A stretch of DNA of 24,679 nucleotides from a virus (IMGVR_UViG_3300027763_000232:1-24679); one strand, 5' to 3'. Shown: positions 16,201-24,679, counted from the stretch's first letter. Notes: generated by a model not told the origin, from the letters alone. Translations and numbers: made by a program.

Positions 16201-16654
16201 CTACGTCAAGCAAAACGCCTCCAAGCTGATGGACGAAGGTCGCGCCCAGCTTGAGAAGGAGTACAGCCAACTCAAGACGCCGCAAGGTCGTGCTGACTTC
16301 ATCAAGCGCCTTGGCACTGCACTGGTCGGATCACCCCACGATATGCTGCACATGGGGCTGGAGCTTGGCGACTATGTCCAAACCAAAATCCCCGGCATGA
16401 GCAAGCCTGAGTCGGTGATGCTTCCGTCCGACACCAAAGACAGGGTTCCCAAAGTCAGCTTGGCTGACTTGCACACCACGAAGGAGGGCGACGTATACGG
16501 CGGCTCTTCTGGCTTCAACACCGAACTCAAGAGGCTAAAGTTCTTGGGTGAGAACGAGTTCCCGATGATGGAGCTACCCACGATGCTCTTCGGCCCAGCG
16601 GTGGCCTCCAAGGCTGGCCGAGGTCTCAAAGCTCTGGCCTCCAAAGCGAAATAA
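13298..16654 (+). CDS. Large polyvalent protein with two ART-PolyVal-like ADP-ribosyltransferase domains
   Basis: Domain 1 (~14660-15160): LYHGT..FD...TFLS.NP..AS.YA...NVMPVF...GHDAVI...EVIVFDP..IKSAIGNRGTYD. Domain 2 (~15390-16010): AYHGS...FVTKSP.FA...VYPL...GYDSM...IAVFNP...RSRFAAFDP. Confidence 0.75.
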   Translation: MADRKTVAGALNVVKKLLAEEPAAETLLTAADRAAAGRKAAELIKSQPPTKASEALGQLMERGMKRVTTTQADRTRVGGGNIGGANFPAISEADPAYKGNVWGVMDEGTASRLKNLATPDTAWTTMLGSANQLKTNPVVFDKLKRQFMEAMKQGKLSPELEAKINHNLALNFGEGASIRDPGIWKQADTFEKRAALADLMMGQGIPPKKGGVALGGEKSGKGVIFKPTDTLIKETEPTLLHPEYGGDIDTFAAGPRLFRLEKESVNRPDLHPGFPTLLKGEDLGYNMEPVPTEIFLPTWHKEFREKKPERFQGPWAQDIIERRKSKDYKMKGAEGPGYYDLALGLEGEGLPSQVLNDEYIRHLLREGFKEGGEATKEPSALDKIQAKIKATIHEHHMAAGGGAFKTMSFQKGGKASTAKAAMDVGKRLFSQDVLPAAEREANLAKMLEGSKVKDRLYHGTTEDIQKFDPSKAGAKTKNLTTALGTFLSNNPQEASRYAKDWGAQGGNVMPVFAQVTNPYQMPYKEFEGLAMGDWNRMMKDPSFDPNAVVKWNDIEGAKRAAAAVNKHQPDALQDVLNRRDELISQGHDAVIVNIGGNKEVIVFDPAKIKSAIGNRGTYDVKDADITKAKGGLLHMADAGRVVKGARKALNKLFDDAPQADALKLAQERAALPPAQGGLGLPKSNTPKQRANAMGIKTDAYHGSKQDITGAFKPGYDDNLAFVTKSPEFANKWIGKGKHTERTGDKAKQEIKSADDMYRDIRSRNVNYDDELERLKGDEFNAEYDRRSAIARAEAESEFGPRGSPSGIHSTVYPLRVEANRTFNPETDMDVMDGFFKKNDIPKNLQDLYAGGNYMMYETKPVVEYLKSKGYDSMRLRESTGDDYPTIAVFNPETTRSRFAAFDPFRKDAATAAAMGVAAPDLLAKEQDKAHGGLTRAFAGGGITTGAGSFSPEDVGMTAAEMNAPAIPAYVKQNASKLMDEGRAQLEKEYSQLKTPQGRADFIKRLGTALVGSPHDMLHMGLELGDYVQTKIPGMSKPESVMLPSDTKDRVPKVSLADLHTTKEGDVYGGSSGFNTELKRLKFLGENEFPMMELPTMLFGPAVASKAGRGLKALASKAK

Positions 16655-16663
16655 GGATTGAAC

Positions 16664-19177
16664 ATGGCGACAGAATTTCCAAACGACCCAGACTCAGACC
16701 GTTTCATCGACGGCATCCGCATGACCGATGAGGGCGGCGCTGAGGTGGATATGCTCCCCGGCGAGGAGCCAGAGGTCGAGGAGTTGCCAGACGGTTCTGC
16801 TGTCGTCAGCCTTGCTGGTTTCAAAGGCCCAAGCGAGGACGAGGACTTCTACGCCAACATGGCCGAAGAGGTCGTCAGCGTCCGTGAGTTGGAGTCATTG
16901 GCGATGCGGTACATCGAACTGATTGACAATGACCGCCAAGCCCGCAAGAAGCGCGACAAGCAGTACGAGGAAGGACTGCGCCGCACTGGGATGGGTGATG
17001 ATGCCCCCGGCGGTGCTCAGTTCCTCGGAGCCTCCAAGGTCGTCCACCCGATGATGGCCGAAGCCTGCGTAGACTTCGCCGCCCGCGCCATCAAGGAGAT
17101 GTTCCCACCAGACGGCCCAGCCAAGACCAAAATTCTTGGTGAGGTGACCGATGAGAAGACCGAGGTGGCCGAGCGTAAGCGCGACTACATCAACTGGCAG
17201 TTGACCGAGCAGATTGAAGAGTTCCGCGACGAGCAGGAGCAGATGCTGACCCAACTACCGCTTGGCGGCTCCCAGTTCATGAAGATGTGGTACGACGACA
17301 AGAAGCGCCGCCCCTGTGCCGAATTTGTCGCCATCGACAACATCCTCCTGCCGTTTGCGTCGGCCAACTTCTACACCTCCCAACGGGTGACTGAGCAGCA
17401 AGACATCAGCGAGTGGGAGTTCAAGCAGCGCATCAGCCGTGGGCTGTACCGCGACGTCAACTTCATCCGCACCACCTCCGAGCCAGAGCAGACCGCAGCC
17501 GAGAAGGCCAACGCCAAGATTGAAGGCAAGCAATTCGAGGACGGTGAAGATGGCCTGCGTCGGGTCTACCACATCTACACATGGCTGGAACTGGAAGACG
17601 ACGACTACTCCAAAGGAGAAGTGGCTCCCTACATCCTGATGATCGACGACCTCGACCGCGAGGTGCTGGGCCTGTACCGCAACTGGGAAGAAGGCGACGA
17701 CACCTTCACCAAGCTGGACTGGATCGTCGAGTTCAAATTCATCCCGTGGCGGGGCGCGTATGCCATCGGGCTACCTCACCTCATCGGTGGTCTCTCCGCA
17801 GCCGCTACAGGCTCTCTGAGGGCTTTGCTGGACACCGCTCACGTCAACAACTCCCTGACGATGCTCAAGCTCAAGGGAGCCAAGGTCTCGGGGCAGTCCG
17901 ACCAAGTCGAGATCACGCAAGTGACCGAGATCGAAGGCGGCATCGGTGTGGACGACATCCGCAAGATTGCGATGCCCATGCCGTTCAATCCGCCCTCCCC
18001 TGTGCTGTACCAGCTACTGGGCTGGCTGACCACCGAGGCCAAGGGCGTGGTGACCACCGCCGAAGAGAAGATCGCGGACACCAACGCCAATATGCCCGTG
18101 GGCACAACCCAAGCCCTAATTGAGCAGGGTGCGGTGGTGTTCTCTTCCATCCACTCACGGCTCCATGATTCACAGCGTCGGGTGCTCCACATCCTTGGCC
18201 GCATTAACCGTTGGTATTTGGACGAGCAGCGCAAGGGTGACATCGTCGCCGAGCTACCCATCAAGCGTGAGGACTTCAAGCGCAACAGCGACGTGGTTCC
18301 CGTCAGCGATCCGCACATCTTCTCGGAGACCCAGCGGGTTGCCCAGATGCAGTCGGTGTTGCAGTTGTCGGCTCAGTTCCCTGCCATGTTTGACCAACGT
18401 GCGGTGGTGAGCCGAATGCTCAAGCAGTTGAAGGTTCCCAACGTCAACGAACTCATCCCCAACTCTGGCAAGCCTGCCGAACTGAACGCAGCCGACGAGA
18501 ACAGCGCAATGGCTCTGGGCAAGCCAGCCTTTGCTTACCCACGCCAAGACCACCTTGCGCATATCCAGACGCACCTGACGTTTGCGCTCGACCCGATGCT
18601 TGGCTCCAACAGGCTCATCGCGCCGAAGTACATCCCGCAGGTTCTAGAGCACATCAAACAGCACATGATGCTCTGGTACACCCAGCAAGTGCAGGGCTAC
18701 GTTCTGGCCGCTGGCGACGTCAAGCTCGGCAAGTACGAGGAGAGCAAGATCGCCAAAGAGATTGACCGCGCCATTGCGGTGGCCTCCGACCACGTCAGCT
18801 TGGACTCCAAGGAAGTGTTTTCTGGCGTCATGCCCGCACTGGAGCAGCTTGGTCAACTCATGCAGCAGTTCAAGCCACAGCCCCCACCAATGGAAGGCGA
18901 GGCTCAAGCTGTGTTGCAGGCGTCTATGGCCGAGACTCAACGCCGCACCGCAGAAGACCAAGCACGCCTTTCCTTCGACGCGCAGAAGCTCCAAGCGGAA
19001 ATGGGACAAAAGGACAAGGATCGTCAGGTCAAGATTGCAATGAACGCCGAGGACAACCTCACGACAGAGCGAATGAAGACCGCCGATTTGACCTTGGACG
19101 AGGTCAAGCTACGACAAGAGCAGGAGCAGACTGCTGTAAAACTGCAAAACATCACGCAACGCAACTTAGGAGATTGA
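16664..19177 (+). CDS. Portal protein (P22-like, long C-terminal coiled coil)
   Basis: ~837 aa in the head module; GAS.V.HP.MAEA...F.ARA..E.FP..GP, PVGTT.AL.EQG and PVSDP motifs; Q-rich helical tail. Confidence 0.88.
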   Translation: MATEFPNDPDSDRFIDGIRMTDEGGAEVDMLPGEEPEVEELPDGSAVVSLAGFKGPSEDEDFYANMAEEVVSVRELESLAMRYIELIDNDRQARKKRDKQYEEGLRRTGMGDDAPGGAQFLGASKVVHPMMAEACVDFAARAIKEMFPPDGPAKTKILGEVTDEKTEVAERKRDYINWQLTEQIEEFRDEQEQMLTQLPLGGSQFMKMWYDDKKRRPCAEFVAIDNILLPFASANFYTSQRVTEQQDISEWEFKQRISRGLYRDVNFIRTTSEPEQTAAEKANAKIEGKQFEDGEDGLRRVYHIYTWLELEDDDYSKGEVAPYILMIDDLDREVLGLYRNWEEGDDTFTKLDWIVEFKFIPWRGAYAIGLPHLIGGLSAAATGSLRALLDTAHVNNSLTMLKLKGAKVSGQSDQVEITQVTEIEGGIGVDDIRKIAMPMPFNPPSPVLYQLLGWLTTEAKGVVTTAEEKIADTNANMPVGTTQALIEQGAVVFSSIHSRLHDSQRRVLHILGRINRWYLDEQRKGDIVAELPIKREDFKRNSDVVPVSDPHIFSETQRVAQMQSVLQLSAQFPAMFDQRAVVSRMLKQLKVPNVNELIPNSGKPAELNAADENSAMALGKPAFAYPRQDHLAHIQTHLTFALDPMLGSNRLIAPKYIPQVLEHIKQHMMLWYTQQVQGYVLAAGDVKLGKYEESKIAKEIDRAIAVASDHVSLDSKEVFSGVMPALEQLGQLMQQFKPQPPPMEGEAQAVLQASMAETQRRTAEDQARLSFDAQKLQAEMGQKDKDRQVKIAMNAEDNLTTERMKTADLTLDEVKLRQEQEQTAVKLQNITQRNLGD

Positions 19178-19178
19178 T

Positions 19179-19358
19179 ATGGCTACCACTGAAAAAGACA
19201 TCCAGAGCGAACAAGTCCGTCAGCACACCCGCATGGCGGCTGGTGCTTGGGTGGACGGAGAAAAACTGAAAGAGAACAAAAGCGCCACCATGCCAAAAGC
19301 GAATAGTGACCACGGGAATTTCTCCCAGCCCAAGGGCGTAGACAAGTCCAATGCATGA
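19179..19358 (+). CDS. Small hypothetical protein (59 aa)
   Basis: AGGAG RBS; stop overlaps the next ATG; contains RMAAGA; not in the ORF track. Confidence 0.65.
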   Translation: MATTEKDIQSEQVRQHTRMAAGAWVDGEKLKENKSATMPKANSDHGNFSQPKGVDKSNA

Positions 19359-19540
19359 AGGTACTTTCCGACTTTATTAGCGCTGTAAAAGCGCGTCAGG
19401 AACAGATTGCACAGGGGTTGGCGCATGGAAATGCGTCCGACTTCAATGCATACCAACGCCTAGTCGGAGAAAACCTTGGACTTGAATCCTCCCTTGAGAT
19501 TCTTAACCACCTCTTGAAAGAAGATGAAGATGACAGATAG
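19355..19540 (+). CDS. Small helical protein preceding GroES
   Basis: LAHG.A.DF..YQRLVG...GL pattern. Confidence 0.7.
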   Translation: MKVLSDFISAVKARQEQIAQGLAHGNASDFNAYQRLVGENLGLESSLEILNHLLKEDEDDR

Positions 19541-19949
19541 CACGGTAGCGGGTAATGCCGCTGATTTACAGGAAGCCTTTCCTGTTGTAGACCCCGGTGC
19601 AATTCCCCTTGGTGCGCGAGTGCTTGTTCAATTGCGCAAAGCCAAGCGAAAGCTAAAATCGGGAATTCTTTTGCCTGAAGAAACACGCGATACAGAACGG
19701 GCGCAAAACCCCGTTGCCAAAGTCATTGCGCTTGGCCCATTGGCGTTCAAAAAACGCGACACGATGGAGCCTTGGGTTGAAGGCATTTGGTGTGACGTGG
19801 GTGATTACCTGCGTGTGCCCAAATGGACTGGCGACCGTTGGCTTGTCCCGCACGGTGACGACGAAAAGGTCGAGTTCATGGTGCTCAACGACCACGAGGT
19901 AATTGCCAAAATCACTGGCAATCCTCTTGAAGTGAGGGCATTTATATGA
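19530..19949 (+). CDS. groES: GroES/Cpn10-like co-chaperonin
   Basis: PLGARVLV, mobile loop KSGILLP, KVIALGP, VGD, ND.EVIAKI. Confidence 0.85.
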   Translation: MTDSTVAGNAADLQEAFPVVDPGAIPLGARVLVQLRKAKRKLKSGILLPEETRDTERAQNPVAKVIALGPLAFKKRDTMEPWVEGIWCDVGDYLRVPKWTGDRWLVPHGDDEKVEFMVLNDHEVIAKITGNPLEVRAFI

Positions 19950-20911
19950 GCGCCGACCAAGAACAGGAAGTCATAGTCATTCAGGAAGAAAAAGACGGTT
20001 CGGCCACCATCGAACTGCCTGCGAGTATTCCTTCTCCCGAGGCGAATGACGACCACGGCTCCGACGAAGCCGACGACCGCGCCCGACAGCAGGAAATGGT
20101 CGCTGGCGGAGCGGTAGATGAGGACGCGGAGGCTCTTCGTGAGCAAAAACGCCTCAAACGCCTGCGTCGCAAGGAGTATCACAAGGCTGTTTCGACCGAA
20201 AAAGACGTCAAATTAACCCATTTGGAGCGTCAAAACCAGCAATTGCTAGAGAGATTGTCAGTTTTGGAGCGAAAGTCGCATGGAAGCGACCTTGCCCGGC
20301 TTGACAAAGCAATTGAAAACCAAGAAAACCGAATTTTGTTTGCAAAACAGAAAATTGCCGAGGCCACTAAGAATGGCGACGGTGAATTGCTGACTTCCGC
20401 GCAGGAAATGTGGTTTGAGGCTCGTCGAGAGCACGAGGCACTGGCAAACGTGAAGAAACGCGCTGTTGCACCCCAGAATCAGCGCACTATTCAGGCTCCA
20501 GACCCTCAATTACAACGCCATGCCTCCAACTGGATGGCCCAAAACTCGTGGTACGACCCCCAAGGGAAAGACCCAGACAGCCGCCGAGCGCTCAATGAAG
20601 ACCAAATACTGGCCGAGGAGGGGTATGACCCCAAAACTTCGGAATATTGGGTCGAGCTTGACAAGCGCTTGCAAAGAATCATTCCTCACAGGTATACTGG
20701 AGATACAAACGAACGCCAGCCTTCGAGACCGAGAAGTGCAGTGACAGGTTCAGGCCGCGAATTTGCGTCGAATAATGGTAGAGGTAACTCGTTTACCTTG
20801 TCACCTGATCAGGTGAGGGCCATGAAAGATGCAGGTATGTGGGATGACGCCGAGAAACGAGCGAAGATGATTCGACGCTACGCCTTGGAAGCACGCAACA
20901 ACAACGGTTAA
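19946..20911 (+). CDS. Capsid scaffolding protein (putative)
   Basis: Acidic N-terminus, coiled coil, W...N.WY core, C-terminal LSPDQV.AM..AG; between portal and capsid. Confidence 0.7.
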   Translation: MSADQEQEVIVIQEEKDGSATIELPASIPSPEANDDHGSDEADDRARQQEMVAGGAVDEDAEALREQKRLKRLRRKEYHKAVSTEKDVKLTHLERQNQQLLERLSVLERKSHGSDLARLDKAIENQENRILFAKQKIAEATKNGDGELLTSAQEMWFEARREHEALANVKKRAVAPQNQRTIQAPDPQLQRHASNWMAQNSWYDPQGKDPDSRRALNEDQILAEEGYDPKTSEYWVELDKRLQRIIPHRYTGDTNERQPSRPRSAVTGSGREFASNNGRGNSFTLSPDQVRAMKDAGMWDDAEKRAKMIRRYALEARNNNG

Positions 20912-20921
20912 GGAGTTAAAA

Positions 20922-21461
20922 ATGGATACACGTTTGAAGAAGACTTTGAATTCTGGAGACCGCGACAATCGCGGTAGTCGCGATACCATTCGTGAGGCTC
21001 CGGAAGACAAGATGGCATCGTCGAGTGAACGTCTGAAGATGTTTCGAGACGAGTGGACACAGAGTGCCTTGCCCAGTGTCCCAGATATGCCGGGGTGGCA
21101 CGTTTGCTGGTTATCGACAACCAACAGCTACGACAGCATCGATAAACGGATTCGATTAGGGTACGTTCCCGTGAAAGCGGATGAGTTACCCGAGATGCGA
21201 AATAACCGTGTAAAGGCTGGAGAGCACGAAGGTTATATCTCGTGTAATGAGATGCTGCTGTACAAAATCGAAATGGACTTGTACCAAGAAGTGATGGCTC
21301 ATTTTCACCATGATGCACCGCTTGAGGAAGCGAACAAAATTCGACTTCAGGCAGAGCAAAACGTGGCACGCGATAGTCGGGGCAGAAGCCTCGGTCAGAT
21401 TGAAGGCGAAGGTCTCAATGACATTGACAAACCGATGCCTGCTCCGCACTTTGCTGGGTAG
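20922..21461 (+). CDS. Conserved head-module protein of unknown function
   Basis: AAGGAG RBS; P...PGWH.CW.......R.RLGY.PV motif. Confidence 0.75.
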   Translation: MDTRLKKTLNSGDRDNRGSRDTIREAPEDKMASSSERLKMFRDEWTQSALPSVPDMPGWHVCWLSTTNSYDSIDKRIRLGYVPVKADELPEMRNNRVKAGEHEGYISCNEMLLYKIEMDLYQEVMAHFHHDAPLEEANKIRLQAEQNVARDSRGRSLGQIEGEGLNDIDKPMPAPHFAG

Positions 21462-21490
21462 GTCGTTTAACTGAACAAAGGAGTAAGACT

Positions 21491-22063
21491 ATGTCTTCAA
21501 CGAATGCTCCGTTTGGCCTGCGTCCTTCTTTCCACCCCACGGGTCTGGATCGTGCGGTCGCGCTGGCTAACGGTATTGCTTCGGCCTACAGCACTGGCAT
21601 TTTGAAAGGCCAACCTGTAGCGCTGAACACCAGTGGCAACATCATTGCTGCCACCGCTGGTAGCGCCTTCCAAGGTGCTTTTGCTGGTCAGGAATACACC
21701 GACCTAACTGGTCGTCGTATTGTGAGCAACCAATGGATTGCAAGCACTGCATACCAAACTGGTTCTCAAGTGACCTACTACTACTCTGACCCGAACATCG
21801 TTTACGACATTCAGGCAGACGGTAGCTTGGCTCAGACCTCCATTGGAGATCAAGCCAATTTCAGCAACATCTCCGCTGGTTCCACAACCACTGGTCTGTC
21901 GCAATGCACCATCTCTACGAGCTTGGTGGGTTCGAGCGCTGTTGGCGATCTGCGGATCATCAACCTGTCGCCCGGTGTCGATAACGCATGGGGTGACGCA
22001 TACACCGTGGTTCAGGTTCAAGTGAGCCGCAGCCAGTATGTTGCAACCATCAACGCCATCTAA
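21491..22063 (+). CDS. Putative capsid decoration/minor head protein
   Basis: MS.TNAPFGLRP start, DPNIVY.IQADG; immediately upstream of the major capsid gene. Confidence 0.65.
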   Translation: MSSTNAPFGLRPSFHPTGLDRAVALANGIASAYSTGILKGQPVALNTSGNIIAATAGSAFQGAFAGQEYTDLTGRRIVSNQWIASTAYQTGSQVTYYYSDPNIVYDIQADGSLAQTSIGDQANFSNISAGSTTTGLSQCTISTSLVGSSAVGDLRIINLSPGVDNAWGDAYTVVQVQVSRSQYVATINAI

Positions 22064-22073
22064 GGAGTAAAAA

Positions 22074-22988
22074 ATGGCCGCTCCAATGAGAAGTACGGAC
22101 TTTCGTTCGATTGTTGAACCGATTCTGAACGAATGTTTCGATGGTGTTTATGACCAACGCACCGATGAATGGTCACGGGTTTTCCGTGAGCAAGAAGGTA
22201 TTCCACGCAACTACCACGAAGAGCCTGTTCTCTACGGTTTTGGTGCAGCACCTCAGTTGCCTGACGGCACTCCTGTGTCGTACCAACAAGGTGGTGTTCT
22301 GTTCCTCCAGCGCTATGTGTACAACGTGTATGGCCTTGCCTTCGCGCTGACCAAAGTGTTGGTTGAGGACGGTGACCATATCCGTATCGGTCAGGTGTAT
22401 GCCCGTCATTTGGCTCAATCTCTGATTGAAACCAAAGAGACTCTGTCGGCAAACGTGCTGAACCGTGCGTTCAACTCCAGCTACCCCGGTGGCGACGGCG
22501 TTGCGCTCAACAGCACCTCGCACCCCATCGTGAACGGTACTTTCAGCAACTTGCTGTCCACCGCCGCAAATCTTTCGCAGACCTCCTTGGAGCAAATGCT
22601 GATCCAGATTCGCCAAGCTGTGGACAACAACGGCAAGAAGATTCGTCTGGTTCCACGTCAATTGATTGTGGCTCCCGGCAACGTCTTCCAAGCCGAAGTT
22701 CTGCTGAAGTCGGTTCTCCGCGCTGGCACTGGCAACAATGACGTCAACCCCATCAAATCTATCGGTTTGCTGGACGAGGGCGCTGCTGTTCTGTCCCGTC
22801 TGACCTCCTCCACCGCTTGGTGGGTGCAGACCGACGCTCCCGAGGGCATGAAGCTCTTGATGCGTCGCAAGCTGGAGAAGACGATGGAAGGTGACTTTGA
22901 GACCGACTCCATGCGCTACAAGGCAACTGAGCGCTACCAAGTGGGCTTCACTGATCCCCGCGCCGTTTACGGCACACCCGGCGTCTAA
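22074..22988 (+). CDS. Major capsid protein (HK97 fold, Mu gpT-like family)
   Basis: 304 aa; ETKE...ANVLN.AF, GGDGV.L....HP, ERY..G..DPR..YG; strong RBS, optimal codons, followed by a terminator. Confidence 0.88.
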   Translation: MAAPMRSTDFRSIVEPILNECFDGVYDQRTDEWSRVFREQEGIPRNYHEEPVLYGFGAAPQLPDGTPVSYQQGGVLFLQRYVYNVYGLAFALTKVLVEDGDHIRIGQVYARHLAQSLIETKETLSANVLNRAFNSSYPGGDGVALNSTSHPIVNGTFSNLLSTAANLSQTSLEQMLIQIRQAVDNNGKKIRLVPRQLIVAPGNVFQAEVLLKSVLRAGTGNNDVNPIKSIGLLDEGAAVLSRLTSSTAWWVQTDAPEGMKLLMRRKLEKTMEGDFETDSMRYKATERYQVGFTDPRAVYGTPGV

Positions 22989-22998
22989 AGCGCCACAG

Positions 22999-23028
22999 GG
23001 GGTTGGGATAAAACCCAGCCCCTTTTTT
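22999..23028 (+). terminator. Rho-independent terminator
   Basis: GGGGTTGGG-ATAAAA-CCCAGCCCC stem followed by T6. Confidence 0.85.
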
Positions 23029-23069
23029 CGTTAATTTGTATTTGTCAAACTTTTCAAGGAGAAGACAAA

Positions 23070-24032
23070 ATGCCTCAATATTCAGATGACCTATTCTTAG
23101 GCCCAGCCGAAACGTACATGGGTACGGGACTGCGCCCTAACACTTCGACTTTCACTGGCTCAATGTCTGGTACGACGTTGACTATAACCGCCCTATTGAC
23201 TGGTTCACCAGTGCTTGTCGGTATGTACGTTGACGGCACTAGCGTGACCGACGGTACTTACATCACCGCGTTTGGTACTGGCTCGGGCGGCGCAGGTACT
23301 TACACGATCAACCAATCTGTGACTGCCTCAAGCACTACCATGATTGCAAACGGCAATATTGGGCTTGGCGACCCATCCCCAATGTCTATTGGTGTTGGCC
23401 CTCTTGGCCGAATTTACGTTTGGGACGTTGTCCCTCAAGCCGCCGTCACCAACAACATTGCCGCGTCGCAAACTGCCGCCGCTGCTGGTGCTGTAACGCT
23501 GACTGCTGGTACTTCTGTGCGGTCTGTTACTACCGCTGGTGGCGTGACTGTGTTGCAACTAGATTGCCCTCGCGCAGTCAAGGTGAACTGCTCCACAACC
23601 GCTCGTGCCTTTACTGTCAGTGGTTACGACTACTACGGCCAAGCAATGAGCGAAGTCATCACTGTGGCAACTGCCGCAACTGCTGTGACTGGTTTGAAAG
23701 CATTTTTCCAAATCTCTGGTGTGACTATCGCTGGCTCTGCGACCGCTGTTGTGGTTGGTACAAGCGACGTTCTGGGTATTCCAGTTCGCGTGTTCAACGT
23801 GTCATACGTTGCCAGCGTCAAGAGCAACAACACACTGGCGCAAGACGCTGGTACGTTTGTGGCCGCTGACACTGCAACTGCTACGACCACCACTGGCGAC
23901 GTTCGCGGTACATACACCCCTGCCACTGCATCGAACGGTATCGTTCGTACAACGATGGGAATTTTGTTGCCCGCTATCGCTGTCGGCCCTAACGCTACCC
24001 GCGTTGGTGCTCTTGGCGTAACTCAAGCCTAA
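23070..24032 (+). CDS. Virion structural protein (Thr/Ala/Gly-rich, beta-rich)
   Basis: AAGGAG RBS; follows the capsid gene; GYDYYGQ.M.E and DVRGTY motifs. Confidence 0.7.
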   Translation: MPQYSDDLFLGPAETYMGTGLRPNTSTFTGSMSGTTLTITALLTGSPVLVGMYVDGTSVTDGTYITAFGTGSGGAGTYTINQSVTASSTTMIANGNIGLGDPSPMSIGVGPLGRIYVWDVVPQAAVTNNIAASQTAAAAGAVTLTAGTSVRSVTTAGGVTVLQLDCPRAVKVNCSTTARAFTVSGYDYYGQAMSEVITVATAATAVTGLKAFFQISGVTIAGSATAVVVGTSDVLGIPVRVFNVSYVASVKSNNTLAQDAGTFVAADTATATTTTGDVRGTYTPATASNGIVRTTMGILLPAIAVGPNATRVGALGVTQA

Positions 24033-24043
24033 AGGAGAGCGAC

Positions 24044-24679
24044 ATGGGACAATTCAAACCAATGGTCAAAATGATGACCACCGAGCCTACGGTGGAGTTA
24101 AAACTCGCCAAAGGCGGTCATGTCAACATGAAAAAAGGTGGCAAGGCGGAAGCTGGTCACAAGAAGATGGCAATGGGTGGTGGCGCTATGGACATGATGA
24201 TGGGCACTCCAGCCCTCGTTGGCCGTCCTGCGGTGAATGCACCTGTCCGCGCCCCCGGCAAGCCCTCTATGGCCTCGCGTCGCAAGGCGATGATGGCTAA
24301 GAAGCCAATGCCCGCCGTGACCCCGTCTGGCCCTCCTATGGCTCCTCCTCCCATGAAAAAGGGCGGGAAAGCTGAAGGCGGTGACATGGCGCAAGACAAG
24401 GCGATGGTCAAGAAAGCCTTCAAGCAGCACGATATGCAAGAGCACAAAGGCGGCAAAGGCACAACCCTGAAGCTGAAAAAAGGCGGCAAGGGCTACGCCA
24501 CTGGCGGTGCTATCCCCTCCGAGACCACTTCTGGCTCGTACCAAACCACTTTGATGCACCAAGCCAAAGCCGACAATTCGCCTGCCAAAACTGGTGGCGT
24601 GAAGAACGGCAATGCAGGTGGATACAAAAGCGGTGGCAAGACCAAGAAGATGGCTACTGGCGGCGTTGCAAAGGGCCAA
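24044..24679 (+). CDS. Partial Lys/Gly/Met-rich low-complexity protein with repeated xKxGG/xAxGG motifs
   Basis: AAGGAG RBS, ATG at 24044, open to the window end (212 codons); missing from the ORF track because it has no stop codon. Confidence 0.8.
   Translation, partial: MGQFKPMVKMMTTEPTVELKLAKGGHVNMKKGGKAEAGHKKMAMGGGAMDMMMGTPALVGRPAVNAPVRAPGKPSMASRRKAMMAKKPMPAVTPSGPPMAPPPMKKGGKAEGGDMAQDKAMVKKAFKQHDMQEHKGGKGTTLKLKKGGKGYATGGAIPSETTSGSYQTTLMHQAKADNSPAKTGGVKNGNAGGYKSGGKTKKMATGGVAKGQ

Noticed and set aside
13298-16654. Ubiquitin-like conjugation system implied by the GG motifs
   Set aside because: No beta-grasp domains, E1/E2 or JAB peptidase are recognisable in the window; the GG motifs sit in low-complexity linkers
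127-24679. Many long minus-strand ORFs (e.g. 12953-13693, 22173-22940, 24098-24679)
   Set aside because: They are antisense shadows of well-supported + strand genes with biased codon usage, and lack an RBS or protein motifs

Overview
This window is part of a tailed dsDNA phage genome (Caudoviricetes). The P22/podovirus-like head module, gene content and codon style suggest a proteobacterial, possibly aquatic, host; that host call is inference. Almost all genes are on the + strand. In order: back-to-back promoters and a Cro-like regulator; a replication module (DUF1376/YdaU-type initiator, stand-alone primase zinc-binding domain, DnaB/T7 gp4-like helicase, RusA); about 8 kb of small, often translationally coupled accessory genes, including an HNH-like nuclease, an S4-like protein, an NrdR-like zinc ribbon and a beta-class DNA methyltransferase; then the packaging and head module (terS, terL, a 1118-aa polyvalent protein, portal, GroES, scaffold, major capsid and other virion proteins). 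The most notable observations are four. (1) A recurring [MLYF]-[AK]-x-G-G peptide motif marks the domain boundaries of the 1118-aa protein, which carries two ADP-ribosyltransferase-like domains, and is repeated about 8-12 times in the gene at the window end; this suggests a motif-tagged virion cargo or polyprotein system. (2) A strongly base-paired non-coding element lies upstream of terS. (3) An AA(C/G)CGA(A/T)TCG DNA motif clusters both in the initiator gene and upstream of terS. (4) Microhomology-linked AQEP modular genes are present. No tRNA, rRNA, CRISPR array, integrase or transposase was seen. All family calls come from visual motif recognition, not database searches.
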